From contig JBDRQI010000037.1 of NCBI GenBank assembly GCA_043826355.1, positions 1-20,976 of the forward strand: a stretch of 20,976 nt of DNA. Reading direction: 5' to 3'. Both the position numbers and the translations under genes were made by a program. A model generated the notes under the pieces. It was given only the letters and a program-made list of their open reading frames with translations. It made no database searches and was not told the DNA's origin. This DNA comes from Candidatus Omnitrophota bacterium. Its GTDB lineage: Bacteria; Ratteibacteria; UBA8468; MWAK01. This document shows, in pieces, positions 16,708 to 20,976 of the stretch; the stretch's first letter is position 1, and each line of letters opens with the position of its first letter.

Positions 16708-18129
16708 CTATTGTTTAATAATTTGGAGGAGGGTGGAAACGAAATCCGGGAAGGAGATGGCGATACATTCTGGATTATTTATGGCGGTTTCGCCCTCGAC
16801 GGCCAGGCCGGCGACGGCCAGGGACATCGCAATCCGGTGGTCAAAATGAGAATTAACTCCGGCGCCTTTCAATCGCTGCGGCCCGGAAATTAGAAATCCG
16901 TCTTCCCGCTCCTCTATCCCGGCGCCCATCTTACGCAACTCCGTAACAATCGCCTTGATGCGGTCACTTTCCTTCACCCGTAATTCTCCGGCATCCTTAA
17001 CCTCGGTTAATCCTTTCGCGAAAAGAGCGACAACCGCCAGGATTGGTATTTCGTCAATCAGGTTTGGAATGAGGGAACCGGAAACGGTGATACCCTTTAG
17101 TTCTCCACCGCCTTTGGCCGTGATGTCGCCAATCGGTTCTCCGTTTTCTTCCCGCTGATTTTGGATTGAAATACGGGCACCCATCTTTTTCAGAATATCC
17201 AGAAAAGCGATACGGGTGGGATTAAGGCCGACACCCCGGATGGAGATTTTCGACTTCGGAACGATTGCGGCGGCAGCCAAAAAAAAGGCGGCTGCAGAAA
17301 AATCGCCGGGGATTTTAAGAGAGCGGCCAGAGAGACGCTGACCGCCAAGGATGGAGATGGCGTTACCCCCCTCACCTTCATCCTCTCCCCGATGGGGAGA
17401 GGATATTTTTGTAGGGGCGCCATTTATGGCGCCCGCGGGCTCGATGAATCGAGCCCCTACAGGCGACCCTAAAAGGGTCGCACTATATTTTGGTGTGGTA
17501 TTAATTTTTAGGACGGCGCCGAAATAAGCAAGCATCCGTTCGGTGTGGTCCCGGCTCATTGCCGGTTCAATAATGGTGGTATTTCCCTCAGCCAGCAGAC
17601 CAGCCAGAAGCAGGCAACTCTTGACCTGGGCGCTCGCCATCGGCGTGCGGTAACTAATTCCGGCAAGAGAACCTCCGATGATGGCCAGGGGCGGAAAATC
17701 TACTTCGCGTACGGAAATTTTAGCGCCCATCTGCCGTAAGGGTTCAATAACCCTGCGCATCGGCCGGTTCCGCAGGGACTCGTCTCCGGTCAGCCGGGTG
17801 GTAAAAGGGAGACCGGCCGCGATTCCGGAAAGAAGGCGCATCGTGGTCCCGGAGTTTCCGCAGTCAATCACCTGGTGCGCTTCCCGGAATCCGGCTGGTC
17901 CCCGGCCGTTGACGCGAATCCGGCTACCCTCTTTCCTGATTTCCACTCCGAGGGAAAAAAGCGCCTGGTAGGTGCTGCGGCAGTCTTCACCCTCCTGGAG
18001 ACCGTCAATCACGGAGATGCCGTCCGCCAGGCTGGAAATAAGGAGAGCCCGGTGCGAAATAGATTTATCGCCGGGCAGGTCTATTTCGCCTTTTAAGCGA
18101 CGGGCCGGTTTAATGATCAGATTTGACAT
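16708..18129 (-). CDS. aroA: 3-phosphoshikimate 1-carboxyvinyltransferase (EPSP synthase) with an in-frame repeat-derived insertion
   Basis: PGDKSISHR, GNSGTTMR, RPM, SAQVKS, RDHTERML, NPTR, IDEIP, ELRVKESDR, DHRIAM. Confidence 0.98.
   Translation of the reverse strand: MSNLIIKPARRLKGEIDLPGDKSISHRALLISSLADGISVIDGLQEGEDCRSTYQALFSLGVEIRKEGSRIRVNGRGPAGFREAHQVIDCGNSGTTMRLLSGIAAGLPFTTRLTGDESLRNRPMRRVIEPLRQMGAKISVREVDFPPLAIIGGSLAGISYRTPMASAQVKSCLLLAGLLAEGNTTIIEPAMSRDHTERMLAYFGAVLKINTTPKYSATLLGSPVGARFIEPAGAINGAPTKISSPHRGEDEGEGGNAISILGGQRLSGRSLKIPGDFSAAAFFLAAAAIVPKSKISIRGVGLNPTRIAFLDILKKMGARISIQNQREENGEPIGDITAKGGGELKGITVSGSLIPNLIDEIPILAVVALFAKGLTEVKDAGELRVKESDRIKAIVTELRKMGAGIEEREDGFLISGPQRLKGAGVNSHFDHRIAMSLAVAGLAVEGETAINNPECIAISFPDFVSTLLQIIKQ
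17366..17404 (+). repeat. CCCCTC/GGGGAG-type palindromic repeat inside aroA
   Basis: CCCCCCTCACCTTC leader followed by ATCCTCTCCCC-GAT-GGGGAGAGG; encodes SSPHRGEDEGEG. Confidence 0.85.
17410..17461. repeat. GTAG-tagged double-hairpin REP-like element inside aroA
   Basis: TGTAGGGGC...GCCCCTACA termini enclosing GGGCGCCAT-TT-ATGGCGCCC and GGGCTCGAT-GA-ATCGAGCCC; encodes VGARFIEPAGAINGAPT. Confidence 0.9.
17463..17486 (-). repeat. Single-hairpin REP-like element inside aroA
   Basis: GCGACCCT-AAA-AGGGTCGC, 8-bp stem, preceded on the minus strand by ATAGT (a degenerate GTAG tag); encodes SATLLGSP. Confidence 0.7.
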
Positions 18130-18138
18130 ACTACAACA

Positions 18139-18185
18139 CCCCCACCTCGCCTCCCCCTTTGCGCCAGAGGCGCAAGGGGGGAGGA
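18139..18185 (+). repeat. CCCCTC/GGGGAG-type repeat with a nested TGCGCC-AGA-GGCGCA palindrome
   Basis: CCCCCACCTCGCCTCCCCCTT-TGCGCCAGAGGCGCA-AGGGGGGAGGA fills most of the aroF-aroA spacer. Confidence 0.8.
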
Positions 18186-18197
18186 ATAAAATGAATG

Positions 18198-19211
18198 TTA
18201 CAGTTGACGGCCAAGGGCGGCGGCCATCGTCTGGATGGAAATCAGCAGTTTATTGAAGTCTTCAAAGTTGAGGGACTGAAACCCGTCTGAAAGGGCCGCC
18301 TCCGGTTTCGGGTGCACCTCAATCATTACGCCGTTGCTACCGGCAGCCAGAGCGGCCCTGGACATCGGCATAATCAGGCTGCGCCGACCGGTGCCGTGGC
18401 TGGGATCAACCAGAATCGGCAGGTGGCTCAATTCCTTTACCAGCGGAACAGCGGCCAGGTCCAGCGTAAACCGGGTCGCCTCCTCAAAGGTGCGGATGCC
18501 GCGCTCGCAGAGAATAACGTTGTAATTTCCCTGGGAAAGAATGTATTCGGCGGACATTAGAAATTCCTCAATTTTAGCCGACATTCCCCTTTTCAAGAGA
18601 ATCGGTTTCTTGGTGCGGCCCAGTTCTTTCAACAGGTCAAAATTCTGCATGTTCCGGGCGCCCACCTGGATAATGTCGGCATACCGGGAGACCAGTTCCG
18701 TCTGCCTGGGATCCATCACTTCGGTTACGGTGGGCATCTTTAATTCCCGGCCAACTTCAGCCAGATACTTCAAGCCCTCTTCTCCCAAACCCTGGAAAGA
18801 ATAAGGCGAGGTGCGGGGCTTAAAGGCGCCGCCCCTTAATATCTTTGCACCGGCCTTCCGCACCGCCTGCGCGGTCTGATAAAGTTGTTCCCGGTTTTCA
18901 ATGGCGCAGGGTCCGGCCATCACGACAAATGAATTTCCGCCAATCGCAACGTCTCCCACCCTGACTACCGTATCTTCTTTTTTGAAATCACGACTGACCA
19001 GTTTATACGGTTTAGAGATGGGCGTTACCGATTCCACGATGAACATTGCGTCAAAAATCTCGCGGTGCAGAATGGCATTTTCACCGATGACGCCAATTAC
19101 GGTGCGTTCCTTTCCGGAGGAAACGTGCGGGGTAAAACCCAGTTCTTTAATCTTGTTTAATGCTTCCTGGATACCCTCACGGGTTGTCCCGGGCCTCAGA
19201 GTTAAAATCAT
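18198..19211 (-). CDS. aroF: DAHP synthase, type I-beta, with an N-terminal ACT-like regulatory domain
   Basis: [59 protein letters not shown] upstream. Confidence 0.97.
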   Translation of the reverse strand: MILTLRPGTTREGIQEALNKIKELGFTPHVSSGKERTVIGVIGENAILHREIFDAMFIVESVTPISKPYKLVSRDFKKEDTVVRVGDVAIGGNSFVVMAGPCAIENREQLYQTAQAVRKAGAKILRGGAFKPRTSPYSFQGLGEEGLKYLAEVGRELKMPTVTEVMDPRQTELVSRYADIIQVGARNMQNFDLLKELGRTKKPILLKRGMSAKIEEFLMSAEYILSQGNYNVILCERGIRTFEEATRFTLDLAAVPLVKELSHLPILVDPSHGTGRRSLIMPMSRAALAAGSNGVMIEVHPKPEAALSDGFQSLNFEDFNKLLISIQTMAAALGRQL

Positions 19212-19693
19212 TTGCTCTCCTCCTTTTCCGAAAGACCTGTAATTGCTTTGCAGATTATCAAGATTAAGATTAAAACCGCCAAATAATTCAAAATCCGGGG
19301 GCGGCCGGAGAAAAAATAAGGCAGCGGAAGATTAAAGAGAAAAACCCTCCAGGCCAGAAGAAGCAACAGGAAGTGGAGAAACTGGTCAACTACGTTGAGC
19401 GCCTTCTTGTTGATTTCCGGCCGCGTCTTTTTCAGCCGGATTTTAGACCGGTCAACCACAAAATGCGAAATCGCCAACACCGTTATCACCGCAATCGCTT
19501 TCCCGCTCCGGTACGGAAGAAAGAACAGGAAAGCGAAGAACCAGACCAGGAATATGTGAGACAGGAAATAAGAATTATTTTTCCGCTTCCAATAAACAAA
19601 CCTCTTTGACTGACAAAGATAATCGGCGCAGATGTGGCTTAAAAGAAGCAGGTAAAGCGAAAGAAGCGGGCCGGGCAGAAAATTAAGGTTCAT
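19208..19693 (-). CDS. DUF3307-like membrane protein
   Basis: SHICADYLCQ, H..., SHFVVD..K and DQFLH His/Asp motifs within hydrophobic helices. Start at ATG 19693 overlaps the end of pheA. Confidence 0.8.
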   Translation of the reverse strand: MNLNFLPGPLLSLYLLLLSHICADYLCQSKRFVYWKRKNNSYFLSHIFLVWFFAFLFFLPYRSGKAIAVITVLAISHFVVDRSKIRLKKTRPEINKKALNVVDQFLHFLLLLLAWRVFLFNLPLPYFFSGRPRILNYLAVLILILIICKAITGLSEKEESK

Positions 19694-20762
19694 CCGCAAC
19701 CGGGTAGGAACCCAGAATTTTCAAAAAGAGGCAGAGTTTTTCCAGTTCAGCCAGAGCCGTTTTTACCGCCGCATCCTCACGGTAACCCAGGAAATCCACG
19801 AAGAACACATATTCCCAGGCGCGTCGCTTGGTGGGCCGGGACTCAATCTTGGTCAGGTTCAATCCATTCTGCCGGAAAGGAACCAGCATATCGTGAAGCG
19901 CGCCGACCCGGTCCTTGATGGAAAAAAGAACGCTGGTGCGGTCCCGTCCGCTCCTCTCTGCGTAGTGCCGGCCGACAACCAGAAAACGGGTGAAATTACG
20001 GCTGTGGTCCTGGATGTCCCGCTCCAGAATTGGAACCGCATAAAGCATTGAGGCAATCTCAGAAGCGATGGCGGCCGCATCCTTCTTTTTGGCCGCAAGC
20101 CGGGCGGCTTCGGCGGTGCTGTCGGCTTCGTGCAGTGCCACGTTGGAAAGGTGCTCCTCCAGCCAGTTCTGGCACTGCGCCAGGGGCTGGGGGTGGGAAT
20201 AGAGGTCTTTAATCTCCTTCAGGGAACTGTAACTGAGCAGGTGGTGCCGGATGGGAAGCAGTACTTCGTTCACAATCTTCAGGTCGGAATCAAGAAACAT
20301 ATCCAGGGTGTGGTTGACCACGCCTTCGTTTGAATTTTCAACCGGCACCAAGCCGTAATCGGCCTGCTCCTTTTCCACGCAACTGAAGACGGAACTGATG
20401 ACTTTCTGAGAGATATACTGCGCCTGACTGCCGAAAGTCTTAAGGGCCGCCTGGTGGGTGAAGGTGGCCTCCGGACCGAAATAAGCGATACGCAGAGGAA
20501 ACTCCAGAAAGCGGCAGGAACTGAATATCTCCTGGAAAATTGCGGAAACCGCTTCCCCGGAGAGCCGGCTCTTGTTCTCTTTCTTGAGCCGCTCCAGAAT
20601 CTTTTTTTCCCGGGCCGGGTCATAGACCGGCTTGCCGTCTTCTTTCTTAATCTCGCCGATCTTGAGTATCTCCCCTACCCTCTGCTGAAGCAAAGAGAGA
20701 ACTTCTCCGTCAATGCGGTCGATCTTCCCTCGAATCTTCTCAATATCTTTTTCCTTATCCAT
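19683..20762 (-). CDS. pheA: Bifunctional chorismate mutase / prephenate dehydratase (P-protein)
   Basis: R.KIDRID...R...IGEIK...YDPARE (AroQ domain), AYFGPEATFT, PVENSNEG, SHPQ, NFTRF, IESRP. Start moved to ATG 20762 (MDKEKD); the track's 48-aa extension reads through a hairpin element. Confidence 0.97.
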   Translation of the reverse strand: MDKEKDIEKIRGKIDRIDGEVLSLLQQRVGEILKIGEIKKEDGKPVYDPAREKKILERLKKENKSRLSGEAVSAIFQEIFSSCRFLEFPLRIAYFGPEATFTHQAALKTFGSQAQYISQKVISSVFSCVEKEQADYGLVPVENSNEGVVNHTLDMFLDSDLKIVNEVLLPIRHHLLSYSSLKEIKDLYSHPQPLAQCQNWLEEHLSNVALHEADSTAEAARLAAKKKDAAAIASEIASMLYAVPILERDIQDHSRNFTRFLVVGRHYAERSGRDRTSVLFSIKDRVGALHDMLVPFRQNGLNLTKIESRPTKRRAWEYVFFVDFLGYREDAAVKTALAELEKLCLFLKILGSYPVADEP

Positions 20763-20796
20763 AAGTATAGGGGTTGCTAAATAATAAAAATGTCTG

Positions 20797-20907
20797 TTTG
20801 GAGTCCCGGATTTAAGGTTAGTGCCAGGCGCGATGAAATCTGTGTGCCCGCTGCGGCACACAGACAAGGAGCAACGCCGCAATAACCCAAAGACGGGACT
20901 CCCCAAA
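20797..20907. repeat. Long interrupted hairpin of about 110 nt, MITE-like element or structured RNA
   Basis: Nested stems GGAGTCCCG/CGGGACTCC (20800-08/20894-902), GGTTAGTGC/GCAATAACC (20816-24/20879-87, one mismatch), GGCG/CGCC and TCTGTGTGCC/GGCACACAGA (20839-48/20855-64). Confidence 0.7.
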
Positions 20908-20976
20908 AGGCCAGGTGCTTTTGGACTGCGACTCGCCTGGGCGTCGCCTGAGACTTCGGCGCACTCTGACGAGGCG

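Noticed and set aside
17366..17504. Intein or intron as the explanation for the aroA insert
   Set aside because: Too short, with no C/S...HN intein termini or group I/II intron features; almost entirely accounted for by short hairpin repeats.
20763..20769. TATACT as a -10 box for a leaderless pheA transcript
   Set aside because: It is only 1 nt from the ATG, too close for the transcript to include the start codon, and there is no matching -35.
20763..20906. 48-aa N-terminal extension of PheA in the ORF track
   Set aside because: It reads through the hairpin element from a TTG; chorismate mutase similarity starts at Met 20762.
20797..20907. 6S RNA, SRP RNA or T-box riboswitch
   Set aside because: Shorter than a typical 6S RNA, with no SRP GGAA-loop motif and no T-box consensus seen; an Rfam scan would settle it.
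1..20976. CRISPR array, tRNA or rRNA
   Set aside because: No regularly spaced direct repeats, cloverleaf or rRNA-like sequence seen.

Overview
This is a bacterial chromosomal window in which every credible gene lies on the minus strand. Read right to left, it holds: (1) an aromatic amino-acid cluster, pheA - DUF3307-like gene - aroF - aroA - metallophosphoesterase; (2) an AT-richer block of small membrane-anchored hypothetical genes, one a frameshifted zinc-ribbon gene missed by the ORF track; (3) a small Cys-rich gene, a large NagB/LmbE-like fusion, an iron-type alcohol dehydrogenase, ribF and ppdK; (4) an AT-richer operon of a ROK repressor, a non-pyrrolysine MttB-family methyltransferase, a CBM9-like protein, an iron-sulfur flavoprotein and two divergent Gfo/Idh/MocA paralogues, the second cut by the window edge. 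The most striking signal is a population of short palindromic repeats of at least three types (GTAG-tagged, CGTC-tagged, CCCCTC/GGGGAG) that stack and nest at shared sites. Three sit in frame inside aroA and add about 40 aa, one supplies the C-terminus and stop codon of ribF, and one probably supplies the ribosome-binding site of aroA. No rRNA, tRNA, CRISPR array or transposase was seen. All family assignments are by motif recognition, not database search.
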